Positions 19,878-29,314 of a stretch of DNA of 64,000 bases are shown here, in pieces. The position numbers and the translations under genes are program-made. This DNA is from an uncultured Armatimonadetes bacterium. GTDB taxonomy: Bacteria > Armatimonadota > Hebobacteria > Hebobacterales > Hebobacteraceae. Location of the stretch: positions 1,824,001-1,888,000 of the forward strand of contig OY970296.1 of NCBI GenBank assembly GCA_963716175.1. The letters run 5' to 3'. How positions within the stretch are numbered: the first letter of the stretch is position 1; each line of letters opens with the position of its first letter. The notes under the pieces were generated by a model, which did no database searches, was not told the DNA's origin, and saw only the letters and a list, made by a program, of their open reading frames with translations.

Positions 19878-20534
19878 ATGAAGATCAAGTTCCTCGGCCA
19901 TGCCGCCTTTCTCATCACCACCATGGACGGCACCAAGATCGTGACCGATCCCTATGAGCCCGGCGGGTTCGGCGGGGGAATCGGCTACGGGCCCCTGAAG
20001 GAGCCGGCCGACATTGTGGTGGTGAGCCACGACCATGCCGATCATAACTACGTGAAGATGGTGCCTGGCAACCCATTGGTGGTCAAGGAAGCTGGCGAGG
20101 TGACCCACCGCGGAGTCGTGTTCCGCTCCCTGGCCACCTACCATGATGCCAGCCGCGGTGTAGAGCGGGGTCGGAACATAGTGCGGGCGTTCACGGCCGA
20201 TGGGATCACGATCTGCCATCTGGGGGACCTGGGAGTGGTGCTGACGTCGCAGGATGCCACCGCCCTGGGCCCCGTTGATGTGCTCATGATTCCGGTGGGC
20301 GGCCTCTTCACCATTGATCACCAGGGCGCGACCACCGTGATCGGCAATCTCCGCCCCCGCATCGCCATCCCTATGCACTACAAGACGCCCAAGGTGGGCT
20401 TCAGCCTGGCCCCAGTGGACGACTTCCTGACGGGCAAGCCCCGCGTGCGCCGGGTGAAGGGATCCGAGATCGAGGTCACCAAGGACAACCTCCCCGAGCC
20501 CACCGAGATCGTGGTGCTGCAAGCGGCCCTCTAG
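19878..20534 (+). CDS. MBL-fold metallo-hydrolase
   Basis: GHAAF, SHDHADH, HLGDLG, PMHY. Confidence 0.88.
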   Translation: MKIKFLGHAAFLITTMDGTKIVTDPYEPGGFGGGIGYGPLKEPADIVVVSHDHADHNYVKMVPGNPLVVKEAGEVTHRGVVFRSLATYHDASRGVERGRNIVRAFTADGITICHLGDLGVVLTSQDATALGPVDVLMIPVGGLFTIDHQGATTVIGNLRPRIAIPMHYKTPKVGFSLAPVDDFLTGKPRVRRVKGSEIEVTKDNLPEPTEIVVLQAAL

Positions 20535-20659
20535 GGCGACGACGGCCCTGTGGCGCTCCGGGGCAATCGGCAGGGGAGCTGCTCCACCCCAGGTCAGAGC
20601 AGGGAACCCGGGCTGGCCCGCAGAACCACAAGGTCAACCGGTGCCAGGGAGGGGCCGAG

Positions 20660-21415
20660 ATGCAGGTCGGGCCTGGGATTTACCGCGCGGAATCGGCCGG
20701 GGAGGTCATTTACGCGCTCGACTGCGCCGGTGCCCTTGGGCAGGCCAAGGGTGCGGCCTTCGGGCTGGTAGATGTGGGCAGCGCTGGCGCGCTCGCTGGC
20801 AAGCTGGACCAGTTCCAGGCGGACGGAGTGGGGCTGGACAAGATCGCCGCCATCTTCATCACCCACCACCATTCCGACCACTGCCAGGCCCTGGCGCGCA
20901 TCCGACAGGACTTATCTCCCCGCGTCGTGGCCCACCGCCTGGCAGTGGAGCGCCTGAGCCATTGCACCGCCTCCGAGCCCATCGCGCGGGAATTGGTGGA
21001 CTACACCGTGGACGAGGGCGACGGGGTGGAACTGGGTGAGATCAAGTTGGAGGTCCACCACCTGCCCGGGCATACGGCCGACTCCATCGCCTGGCAGCTT
21101 GGCCAGCACCTCTTCACCGGCGATGTCTTCTTCCCCGATGGCGGGATCGGGTGGATGGACGTCCACTGGGGCTCCTGCGTGAGCGATTACCGCGCTTCGC
21201 TGCTGCGACTGCCCAGGCTCAAGGTGAAGACTATCTATCCCGGTCATCGGGACCCGGGCCCAATCACCCGCCAGGGTGTAGACGAGGCGCTGCGAAGACT
21301 CAACCTCCTGGCGGAGGCCGACGGCAGCCCGCTCGCTCACCTGGGCCGGCCCGCGCCGCGCCGCCGCTCTGATGAGCCAGCCAAACTGATCCGGCTCTCG
21401 GTCCCTGGTGTCTAG
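20660..21415 (+). CDS. MBL-fold metallo-hydrolase (glyoxalase II-like)
   Basis: THHHSDH, PGHT, FTGD, YPGH. Confidence 0.85.
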   Translation: MQVGPGIYRAESAGEVIYALDCAGALGQAKGAAFGLVDVGSAGALAGKLDQFQADGVGLDKIAAIFITHHHSDHCQALARIRQDLSPRVVAHRLAVERLSHCTASEPIARELVDYTVDEGDGVELGEIKLEVHHLPGHTADSIAWQLGQHLFTGDVFFPDGGIGWMDVHWGSCVSDYRASLLRLPRLKVKTIYPGHRDPGPITRQGVDEALRRLNLLAEADGSPLAHLGRPAPRRRSDEPAKLIRLSVPGV

Positions 21416-23036
21416 CCGCCGCGAAATCCGGATCTGCAAGCACCTCTCTCCTGATGCCCTCGACCTGGCCGGATTCGCCCTCGCGGTGCTGCTGTTTGGC
21501 GCGCTAGCTCTCCGTCAACTGCACCTGCCCGGCCTCTATCAGGATGAGGCCTACGATGCCGCGGCCGCGGTCCGCCTGCTGCAAGGCAGGAGCTGGGACT
21601 ACACCCTCCTGCCCGGCCGCCTCAACCTGCCCCTGATGGTTATGGATCACGTGGGCCCCACCTCAACCTATCTCTTGCTTCCATTTCTGGAGGCCTTCGG
21701 CATTGGAGCGATGGCGGTACGGGTCTATGAGTTAGCGGTGGGGCTGGCCGCGCTGGCGCTGGCCTTCTGCTGGATGCGGCGAGTGCTTCCGGCGGGGACG
21801 GCCTGGGCCGCCGCCCTGTTGCTGGCGGCCAGCCCGAGCTTCTGGCTCGCCTGTCGGAACGGAATCCACGTCTCCTTCGTCATGGTGCCGATCGCACTGG
21901 GCGCGCTCATCTGCTGCGACCGCTGGTGGCGGAACCAGGCCCGGGTGGCTTGGCTCTATGCGGGCGCATTTCTCCTCGGGCTCGGGCTAGCGTCCAAGAT
22001 CCTTTTTCTCTGGTTCATCATCGCACTGGCTGTGGGCGTCGCGCTCGCCAGAAGGCAGGCCTTCTCCCGTCTCCGCCGTCGCCAGGTGGCCGTGGGCGCG
22101 TTCTGGTTCGCGATCGGGGCTGCGCCTCTGCTGATCTTCAATCTGCTGTCTCGCGGCCTCACCCTGCGTACGATGCTGGAGGGCCTCAGGACTACGCCCT
22201 ATGGCGTCCACAATGCCGCCTTCCTCGCTAACCTGCACACCCAGCTCCACTCGTTCGCTTCTCTCCTCGGCGGGAGCTGGCTTACCTGGACCGGAGCTGC
22301 GCCCTACGACCCGGCAGCGGTGTGGCTGTTCACAGCCTCAGCCATCTTGCTACTCCTCTGCTGGCGCTCCACCAGTCGCCGCCTGCTCTTCTGCCTGCTT
22401 GCGGTGCTGGTGATATTGGTTGAGAGTTGTTTCACGATCAGCACGCTGGGGCCAAAGCACCTCGTTATCATGCTCCCTTTGCCCCAGGTCATCACCGTCG
22501 GGGCGATCGCTGCCGCCTGGCGTCGCCGGGCGCACCGGCTATTCCGCGCTGCCTTCATGGCGCTGATCGCGCTGGCTGCCCTTGGGTTCGGATGGGATCT
22601 GCACAGCGATTGCCGTTACCACCGCGCGCTCGCCGCCACTGGCGGCGTGGGGCAGTTCTCCTATGCGCACAATCAGCTCGCCGACTTTCTGGTCGCACAT
22701 CGGGTCTGGCGCCCGTTGGCCGGCGACTGGGGCTTCGCCTCCAACCTGGAGGTGCTCTCCGCTGGCAGAGTGAGGGTGCGCCAGATCTTCGAGCTGACCG
22801 AGCCCCCACCTTACGCCTTCACGAGAATGGAGGCGCGTCGGACCCTGGGGCAGGCCGGGAGCGTCTATCTCTTTCATGCCGAAGGCATTGCGGCCGCGCC
22901 CGGCCGCCGCCAGGCAGTGGATCAGGTGGCCGCACAAATGCGCCTCCGACTCGTCGCACTCGCCACCTTCGCTGACGGCCTGGGCCGGCCGGTGATCCTG
23001 GTGGAGCGGCCCGAACCTGCGAGAGAGAAGCGGTGA
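21408..23036 (+). CDS. GT-C fold (ArnT/PMT-like) membrane glycosyltransferase
   Basis: PGLYQDEAY loop after first TM; many TM helices. Confidence 0.75.
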   Translation: MSSRREIRICKHLSPDALDLAGFALAVLLFGALALRQLHLPGLYQDEAYDAAAAVRLLQGRSWDYTLLPGRLNLPLMVMDHVGPTSTYLLLPFLEAFGIGAMAVRVYELAVGLAALALAFCWMRRVLPAGTAWAAALLLAASPSFWLACRNGIHVSFVMVPIALGALICCDRWWRNQARVAWLYAGAFLLGLGLASKILFLWFIIALAVGVALARRQAFSRLRRRQVAVGAFWFAIGAAPLLIFNLLSRGLTLRTMLEGLRTTPYGVHNAAFLANLHTQLHSFASLLGGSWLTWTGAAPYDPAAVWLFTASAILLLLCWRSTSRRLLFCLLAVLVILVESCFTISTLGPKHLVIMLPLPQVITVGAIAAAWRRRAHRLFRAAFMALIALAALGFGWDLHSDCRYHRALAATGGVGQFSYAHNQLADFLVAHRVWRPLAGDWGFASNLEVLSAGRVRVRQIFELTEPPPYAFTRMEARRTLGQAGSVYLFHAEGIAAAPGRRQAVDQVAAQMRLRLVALATFADGLGRPVILVERPEPAREKR

Positions 23037-23074
23037 TCTCTGCGGCTGGGAGCAGAGCGCGGCCGCGGCGAGCG

Positions 23075-23103
23075 TTGACGCCGCCTGCGGTTTTCAGTAA
23101 CAT
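23075..23103 (+). promoter_or_regulatory. Sigma70-type promoter of ACAD-ETF operon
   Basis: TTGACG-N17-TAACAT. Confidence 0.55.
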
Positions 23104-23204
23104 CAAACCGGGCGGGCGTGTCCACGCTCGCCGCCTTCATTGGTAGGGCAGGCCTGGGGCCTGCCATCGCGACATGCCCCTGGGGCCAGGAGGTGGGTGA
23201 CGGG

Positions 23205-24353
23205 ATGGACTTCACCTTCAACGAGGATCAGGCGGCGATCTTGCAGGCGGTCAGAGAGTTTGCCGACGGTGAGCTCGCGCCCAAAGCCAAGGAGACCGAT
23301 GAGGCCGGGGTGTGGCCGGCCGAGAATGTGCGCAAGCTAGCCGAGCTGGACCTGATGGGCATTCCGGTGCCGGAGCAGTACGGCGGCCTGGGGATGGACT
23401 TCCTCACCTGGGCCGCGGTGGGGGAAGAGCTCTCCCGCGCCTGCACCACCACCGGCGCGGTCTACGGGGCCCATGTGCTGTGCGTCTACCCCATCATGAC
23501 CTTTGGCAGCGAGGGGCAGAAGGCGAAGTACCTGACCCCTCTCGCTCGGGGCGAGAAGATCGGCGCCTTCGGGCTGACTGAGCCTGGGGCCGGGTCGGAT
23601 GCGGCGGCGGTGAGCACCCGGGCCGAGCGGGACGGCGACAACTACGTGCTGAATGGCACCAAGATCTTCATCTCCAATGGCGGCGAAGCGGAGACCTATG
23701 TCATCATTGCCAATGTGGATCCTAAGCGCGGCGCCCGCGGGATGACTGCTTTCATTGTGGAAAAGGGCACGCCCGGCTTCACCTTCGGCAAAGATGAGAA
23801 GAAGATGGCCTATCCCTCCCTGCCCAACCGGGAGCTGGTCTTCACCGACTGCCGGGTGCCCAACGAGAACCTGCTGGGGCGGGAGAAGGGCGGCTTCCTG
23901 GTGGCGATGCGCACCCTGGGGGTGGGCCGTATCGGCATGGCGATCGGGGCGGTGGGGGTGGCCCGCGCCGCGCTGGAGGCGGCGATACCTTACGCCAAGC
24001 AGCGGCAGCAGTTCGGCAAGCCCATCTCCAGCTTCCAGGCCATCCAGTTCATGCTCGCGGACATGGCCACTGAGATAGATGCCGCCCGCTTGCTAACCTG
24101 GCGAGCGGCCTGGCTCAAGGACCAGGGCCAGCCTTTTGAGAAGGAAGCGGCCATGGCCAAGCTCTATGCCGCCGAGACCGCCATGCGCGTCACCACCAAG
24201 GCGGTGCAGATCTTCGGCGGCTATGGCTACACGAAGGAGTTCCCGGTGGAGCGCTACATGCGGGAGGCGAAGCTCTTCGAGATCGTCGAGGGCACCTCGG
24301 AGATTCAACGCCTGGTGATCGCCAACCAGGTGCTGCGGGGGTCGGGCGGGTGA
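23205..24353 (+). CDS. Acyl-CoA dehydrogenase (Bcd/CarC-like)
   Basis: FGLTEPGAGSD, GTKIFISNG, RQQFGKPI, QIFGGYGY, EGTSEIQ. Confidence 0.92.
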   Translation: MDFTFNEDQAAILQAVREFADGELAPKAKETDEAGVWPAENVRKLAELDLMGIPVPEQYGGLGMDFLTWAAVGEELSRACTTTGAVYGAHVLCVYPIMTFGSEGQKAKYLTPLARGEKIGAFGLTEPGAGSDAAAVSTRAERDGDNYVLNGTKIFISNGGEAETYVIIANVDPKRGARGMTAFIVEKGTPGFTFGKDEKKMAYPSLPNRELVFTDCRVPNENLLGREKGGFLVAMRTLGVGRIGMAIGAVGVARAALEAAIPYAKQRQQFGKPISSFQAIQFMLADMATEIDAARLLTWRAAWLKDQGQPFEKEAAMAKLYAAETAMRVTTKAVQIFGGYGYTKEFPVERYMREAKLFEIVEGTSEIQRLVIANQVLRGSGG

Positions 24354-24438
24354 ACTACGAGAGGAACCTCCTCGCTGTTAGGGAGCCGCGAGGGAAAAAG
24401 GTCCGCGGCCCAATGGATGGGCCGGGTGCAGAATCACA

Positions 24439-26502
24439 ATGCCCATAACACCTGAGCAGAGGCAGCTGGCAGAGACGCGACAGTGGGCAGCAGCGCAGGA
24501 CAACGCGCCCCAGATCCGAGTGGTTGGTGGCCCTGGCACCGGCAAGTCGCATACTATCGAAAAGCGGGTAGCCAATCTCCTACAGAACGGTGCGACGGCG
24601 GGCAACGTCTATGTCATCTCCTTCACGCGAGCCGCGTGCGCCGAATTACGCCATCGCATACGGGCATACTGCAGCCAGTTGCCCGTCGCTGCCGCGGCGC
24701 TTCAAGTGAGAGTCTCGACCATGCATTCGCTGGCGCTGCGAATCCTGCGGCAAGGCAATCTGCTCACTGCGTATCCGAGCACCCCTGTCATCCTGGACGA
24801 CTGGGAGCAGCGCAGCGTCTACGACAGGGAACTCGCAGCTTCCATCGGCTGTACCCCCGGGCGTGCTACAGAGATACGGATCGCACACGATGCCCAATGG
24901 CAGACTCTGGATGCGACGCATCTGAATCAGGCCCAGATCACGCCTGCTGAGGTGCAGACGTTCAACGCATTCCACGCCGCTCGGACAAATCTGTATAGCT
25001 GTGTCCTTCCAGGCGAAGTCATCTACAAGTGTGTCGAGGCGCTTCAGCAAGGCGCGTTGCAGCCCCAACAGATGCCACACACTGACCACCTCATCGTTGA
25101 TGAATACCAGGACCTCAACGCATGCGACCAGGAATTCGTAAGGCTCCTGTGTGGATTCGGCGCTACCCTGTTCATCGCTGGAGATGACGACCAGAGCATT
25201 TACTCCTTCCGGCATGCTCATCCCGATGGTATAGTGCAGTTCTCTTGTGCATATCCAGCATGCGCCACCCACGTGTTGACTGACTGCTTCCGCTGTACCC
25301 CCGCCATTCTCAGTCCGGCATGCCAACTGATTGCCTTCAACCCAGTCCGCATCCCGAAGAACCTTACTCCGCTCTACGGTACAGCCGCGCCGCCGGTGCA
25401 GGGATGCCTGCAGGTCTGGTTGTTCCAGACCGCGCAAGAGGAAGCTCGTGCGATCGCGCAGTCGTGTCAGGCATTGATTGATGCAGGCATGGCTGGCCGC
25501 GAGGATGAGATTCTTGTGTTGATCTCGAACCGTCGAGTCCAACTGAAGGTGCTGCGCGACGAACTCGAGGCCGCAGGGGTACCCTACGACCCTCCTCGCG
25601 GTGGCAGCCTGGTTGACGAGTATGAACCGCTCAGGGCGGTGTATTCGCTTCTCAGGATCGCCAAGGACTGCGCAACCGGAGAACAGGACTACCCCGCCCA
25701 TCGAGATCTGCTAGGCGTTCTTTCCGGGGTCGGGCATGGCACGGCGAAGACAGTCGCAGACGCCTGCATCGACAACAACCAGAACTTCCGGGCTCTCTTT
25801 TACCTTCCAGTGTGTCCGAGCTGGCTTTCCGGCCGCGCCCGCTCTGCGATGGAGCGCGTGCCGGCCGTTGCTCAGACGGTCGACACGTGGAGTATGGACG
25901 ATACCTTGGCCAGTCGCGGTGATGCCGTAACAGAGATCCTGTCGTCGCAGGTGTTCACCTCTGGGAAGAGCGCTGCCGACAACATCGCGATGTGGACCAC
26001 CCTCACCGGCGCGCTCCCTCCCCAGATGACGCTTGACGAACTACTCCAGGTACTCGCGGCCGACACCGAATCCGACCGACAGGCGATACTCGACCTCGTT
26101 CAGCAGCGCATAGGAGTGGAAGAACCACAAGCCCCGGCCATGCCGAAGCGAGTCCGCATCTTGACAATGCATGGCGCGAAGGGACTGAGTGGCAAAGTGG
26201 TGTTCATACCATCGGCCGAGCAGGGAGTCATGCCGAGCTTCAAGGCGCTTCATGCGACAGGACTGCTTATTGAGCAGAGAAGGCTCTTCTACGTATCGGT
26301 CACTCGGGCGATGGCCTGCTGCATTGTCTCGCACGCCGCACAGCACAAAGGGCCGGCGGCCATGGCGCTTACGCAAAGCCCTGTCGCCCAGTTGCCGCGC
26401 TCCCAGTTCCTTAGCGAGATGGGCCTGGTGAGCGCTGCCCGGACCACTGGCCTTAGCGATGTAGAAGCCGGGGCGATCGTGGCTGACGTGAATAACCTAT
26501 GA
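24439..26502 (+). CDS. Stand-alone UvrD/Rep (SF1A) ATP-dependent helicase
   Basis: GGPGTGKS, SFTRAA, STMHS, DEYQD, GDDDQSIY, TMHGAKGL, RRLFYVSVTRA; codon usage differs from neighbours. Confidence 0.88.
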   Translation: MPITPEQRQLAETRQWAAAQDNAPQIRVVGGPGTGKSHTIEKRVANLLQNGATAGNVYVISFTRAACAELRHRIRAYCSQLPVAAAALQVRVSTMHSLALRILRQGNLLTAYPSTPVILDDWEQRSVYDRELAASIGCTPGRATEIRIAHDAQWQTLDATHLNQAQITPAEVQTFNAFHAARTNLYSCVLPGEVIYKCVEALQQGALQPQQMPHTDHLIVDEYQDLNACDQEFVRLLCGFGATLFIAGDDDQSIYSFRHAHPDGIVQFSCAYPACATHVLTDCFRCTPAILSPACQLIAFNPVRIPKNLTPLYGTAAPPVQGCLQVWLFQTAQEEARAIAQSCQALIDAGMAGREDEILVLISNRRVQLKVLRDELEAAGVPYDPPRGGSLVDEYEPLRAVYSLLRIAKDCATGEQDYPAHRDLLGVLSGVGHGTAKTVADACIDNNQNFRALFYLPVCPSWLSGRARSAMERVPAVAQTVDTWSMDDTLASRGDAVTEILSSQVFTSGKSAADNIAMWTTLTGALPPQMTLDELLQVLAADTESDRQAILDLVQQRIGVEEPQAPAMPKRVRILTMHGAKGLSGKVVFIPSAEQGVMPSFKALHATGLLIEQRRLFYVSVTRAMACCIVSHAAQHKGPAAMALTQSPVAQLPRSQFLSEMGLVSAARTTGLSDVEAGAIVADVNNL

Positions 26503-26589
26503 TGGACGCGAGAGGGCCAGAGATATGATGTACTGTGTGCCCACAAGCAGCCGATGTGGACCGGACTTCGCGAACGAGATGCGGTACCG

Positions 26590-27402
26590 GTGAACTTCGT
26601 CGTCTGCATCAAGCAGGTCCCCGAGACCACCGAGGTCCGGGTGGACCCCAAGACTAATGCCCTCATCCGCGAGGGCGTGAAGAGCATCGTCAACCCCTTC
26701 GACGAGAACGCCATCGAGGCGGCGCTGCAGTTGAAGGAGGCTCATGGGGGCAAGGTCACCGTGATCACCATGGGTCCACCCCAGGCCGAGGAGGCGCTGC
26801 GGCAGGCGCTGGCGATGGGCGCGGACGAGGCGATATTGCTGACTGATCCCGCCTCCCGCGGGAGCGACACTCTCGCTACCTCCTACACCCTCGCCCAGAT
26901 GGTGCGCAAGACAGGCGACTTCGATCTCATCCTCTGCGGAAAGCAAGCGATTGATGGAGATACGGGCCAGGTGGGCCCGGGCCTGGCGGAAAGGCTGGGT
27001 ATCCCCCAGATCACCTTCGCCATCGGCTTGGAGATTGGGGATGGCAAGCCCGCCACACGGCCGGCGGGCAAGCTCCGCGCGCGGCGGGTGCTGGACGATT
27101 TCTTCGAGATCGTGGAGGTGAAGCTGCCGGCGCTGGTCACGGTGGTGAAGCAGATCAACGAGCCGCGCTATCCCGGCATGAGAAATGTGCTCAAGGCGAA
27201 GCGTGCCCAGATCACCAGGTGGTCGCTCGCCGACCTGGATGCCGACCCGACTCAGGCCGGCTTCGATGGCTCGCCCACCACCGTGATCAAGGTGTGGCCG
27301 CCGGAGAAGCGGGGCGGCGGCCAGAAGCTGGAAGGTTCCGTGGACGAGATGGTGGAGACGCTGGCCGAGGCCATCAAGAGACTGAACCTAGCTGTCGGCT
27401 AG
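26590..27402 (+). CDS. etfB: Electron transfer flavoprotein beta subunit
   Basis: CIKQVP, NPFD, TMGPP, GSDTLAT, GKQAIDGDTGQVG. Confidence 0.93.
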   Translation: MNFVVCIKQVPETTEVRVDPKTNALIREGVKSIVNPFDENAIEAALQLKEAHGGKVTVITMGPPQAEEALRQALAMGADEAILLTDPASRGSDTLATSYTLAQMVRKTGDFDLILCGKQAIDGDTGQVGPGLAERLGIPQITFAIGLEIGDGKPATRPAGKLRARRVLDDFFEIVEVKLPALVTVVKQINEPRYPGMRNVLKAKRAQITRWSLADLDADPTQAGFDGSPTTVIKVWPPEKRGGGQKLEGSVDEMVETLAEAIKRLNLAVG

Positions 27403-27426
27403 ACCCACCCCCGGAGATCAACCTCT

Positions 27427-28617
27427 ATGGCGGTACGGCTCCTGATCGAGAACTGCACTGGCTGTCGCCTCTGCCTGCGCGCTTGCCCCTATGGCGCCAT
27501 TGACATGGTGGAGGAGAAGGCCAGCTTCAACGACCACTGCACCCAGTGCGGGGCCTGCGCTTCCTCCTGCAAGTTCGGGGCCATCTTGCTCGAGGTCGCG
27601 TTCACCCGAGACGTTGACACCAGCCAGTACCGCGGGGTGTGGGTGGTGGCGGAGCACCTCCACGGGGAGTTCCGCCGCGGTAGCTACGAGCTGCTCGGCA
27701 AAGGCCGCGAGCTGGCCGACAAGCGCGGCGCGGGGCTGTCCGCGGTGCTGCTGGGTGATCAGGTGGAAGGTCTGGCAGCGGATCTGATCGCACGCGGCGC
27801 GGACCGCGTCTACCTCGCCCAGGACCCAGTGCTGGCGCACTACCGCACCGGCCCCTACACCGACGTGCTTGCCGGGATGATCAACCAGCACAAACCGGAG
27901 ATCGTGCTGGTCTCGGCGACACCGCAAGGCCGCGACCTGGCTCCCCGGGTGGCGGCGAGAGTGTCGGCTGGCCTCACCGCGGACTGCACTGGCCTGGGGA
28001 TTGACGAGGAGGAGGGTCTGCTCGTCCAGACCCGCCCGGCCTTCGGCGGCAACTTGATGGCAACCATCGTCTGCCGCCAGGCGCGGCCGCAGATGGCCAC
28101 CGTCCGGCCCGGGGTGATGAAGGCGCTCCCGCCGGACCCGGCCCGCAATGGCGAGGTGGTGACGGTGCCGGTCCACCTGGATGAGCGGGGCGTGCTCGCC
28201 AAGATCGTCGAGGTGGTGCAGCAAGAAGGCGACGGGCAGGTCAACCTGCAGGATGCGCAGATCATCGTCTCCGGCGGCCGGGGTCTGGGCAAGCCGGAGA
28301 ACTTCGCGCTCATCCGGGAGCTGGCGGAGGTGCTCGGCGGGGCGGTGGGGGCCTCGCGCGCCGCGGTGGACGCGGGCTGGATTCCCGCTTACCACCAGGT
28401 GGGGCAGACCGGCCGCACGGTGCAGCCAAAACTGTACATCGCCTGCGGCATCTCCGGCGCGGTGCAGCACCTGGCCGGCATGGGCAGCTCCGATGTCATC
28501 ATCGCCATCAACAAAGACCCCTCGGCCCCCATCTTCAACATCGCCACCTACGGCGTGGTCGGCGACCTGTTCGAGGTGGTGCCGAAGCTGACCAAGAAGC
28601 TGCGCGAGGTGGTGTAG
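27427..28617 (+). CDS. etfA: Electron transfer flavoprotein alpha subunit with N-terminal 2x[4Fe-4S] ferredoxin domain
   Basis: [12 protein letters not shown] and [12 protein letters not shown]; [28 protein letters not shown]. Confidence 0.93.
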   Translation: MAVRLLIENCTGCRLCLRACPYGAIDMVEEKASFNDHCTQCGACASSCKFGAILLEVAFTRDVDTSQYRGVWVVAEHLHGEFRRGSYELLGKGRELADKRGAGLSAVLLGDQVEGLAADLIARGADRVYLAQDPVLAHYRTGPYTDVLAGMINQHKPEIVLVSATPQGRDLAPRVAARVSAGLTADCTGLGIDEEEGLLVQTRPAFGGNLMATIVCRQARPQMATVRPGVMKALPPDPARNGEVVTVPVHLDERGVLAKIVEVVQQEGDGQVNLQDAQIIVSGGRGLGKPENFALIRELAEVLGGAVGASRAAVDAGWIPAYHQVGQTGRTVQPKLYIACGISGAVQHLAGMGSSDVIIAINKDPSAPIFNIATYGVVGDLFEVVPKLTKKLREVV

Positions 28618-28694
28618 GCCTGCCCTGAGCCTGTCGAAGGGGCAGGCATGTCGGACGCCCGGCTGAGAGGGCAGGAGACATGGTCCTGCCCTAC
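28614..28694. repeat. Inverted REP-like pair with nested palindromic insert
   Basis: gtagg[cctgccctgagcctgtcgaagg]ggcagg...cctgccctac. Confidence 0.6.
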
Positions 28695-28746
28695 GAAGTG
28701 ACGGCGGGTGTCGCTAGTCCCGCAGGCTGAAGGGTAGGGGGCCTGG

Positions 28747-28998
28747 ATGAACCGGAGGCGGTTGCTGAAGCGCCTACTCAGCGGCGCAGTGGCGAACGTA
28801 CCGTTCGCGGATCTCGCGGACTTTGTGAGGGGATTCGGGTTCCACCTGGAGCGCGTGAGCGGGAGCCACCACATCTTCGTTCATCCTGACCTGGCAGAGT
28901 TGGTCAACATCCAGAACGTCCGCGGCGAAGCGAAACCCTATCAGATCAAGCAGCTTCTACGCCTCGTGGAGAGGTATAATCTGAAGCTGGAGGAGTGA
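28747..28998 (+). CDS. hicA: HicA-family toxin
   Basis: 83 aa basic protein, GSHHIF, AKPYQIKQ. Confidence 0.85.
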   Translation: MNRRRLLKRLLSGAVANVPFADLADFVRGFGFHLERVSGSHHIFVHPDLAELVNIQNVRGEAKPYQIKQLLRLVERYNLKLEE

Positions 28999-29000
28999 CG

Positions 29001-29222
29001 ATGGCCGATTACCACATCAACATCTTCTACAGCGAAGAGGACGGCGGCTATATCGCGGACATCCCGGATCTCGAATCTTGCTCTGCCTTCGGCGATACTC
29101 CGGAGCAGGCGCTGGGCGAGGTCGAGCGCGCGAAGGAAGCCTGGCTGGATGCTGCCCGCGCCGCGGGCAAACCCATCCCTCCGCCACGCTACCGGCCGGT
29201 CATTTACCAGGTCGCGGGGTGA
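29001..29222 (+). CDS. hicB: HicB-family antitoxin (short form)
   Basis: EEDGGYIADIPDLESCSAFGDTPEQAL, GKPIPPP. Confidence 0.88.
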   Translation: MADYHINIFYSEEDGGYIADIPDLESCSAFGDTPEQALGEVERAKEAWLDAARAAGKPIPPPRYRPVIYQVAG

Positions 29223-29314
29223 GCAAGAGGGGGAGGAGCCACGTCTATCCGCCTCAGGCGGGCTCCTGCCGTACGAACAACCAAAGTATTGGCCTAAACG
29301 GGAGGGAGGAACAC

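Noticed and set aside
24439-26502. Gabija system
   Set aside because: No adjacent OLD-family (GajA) nuclease gene
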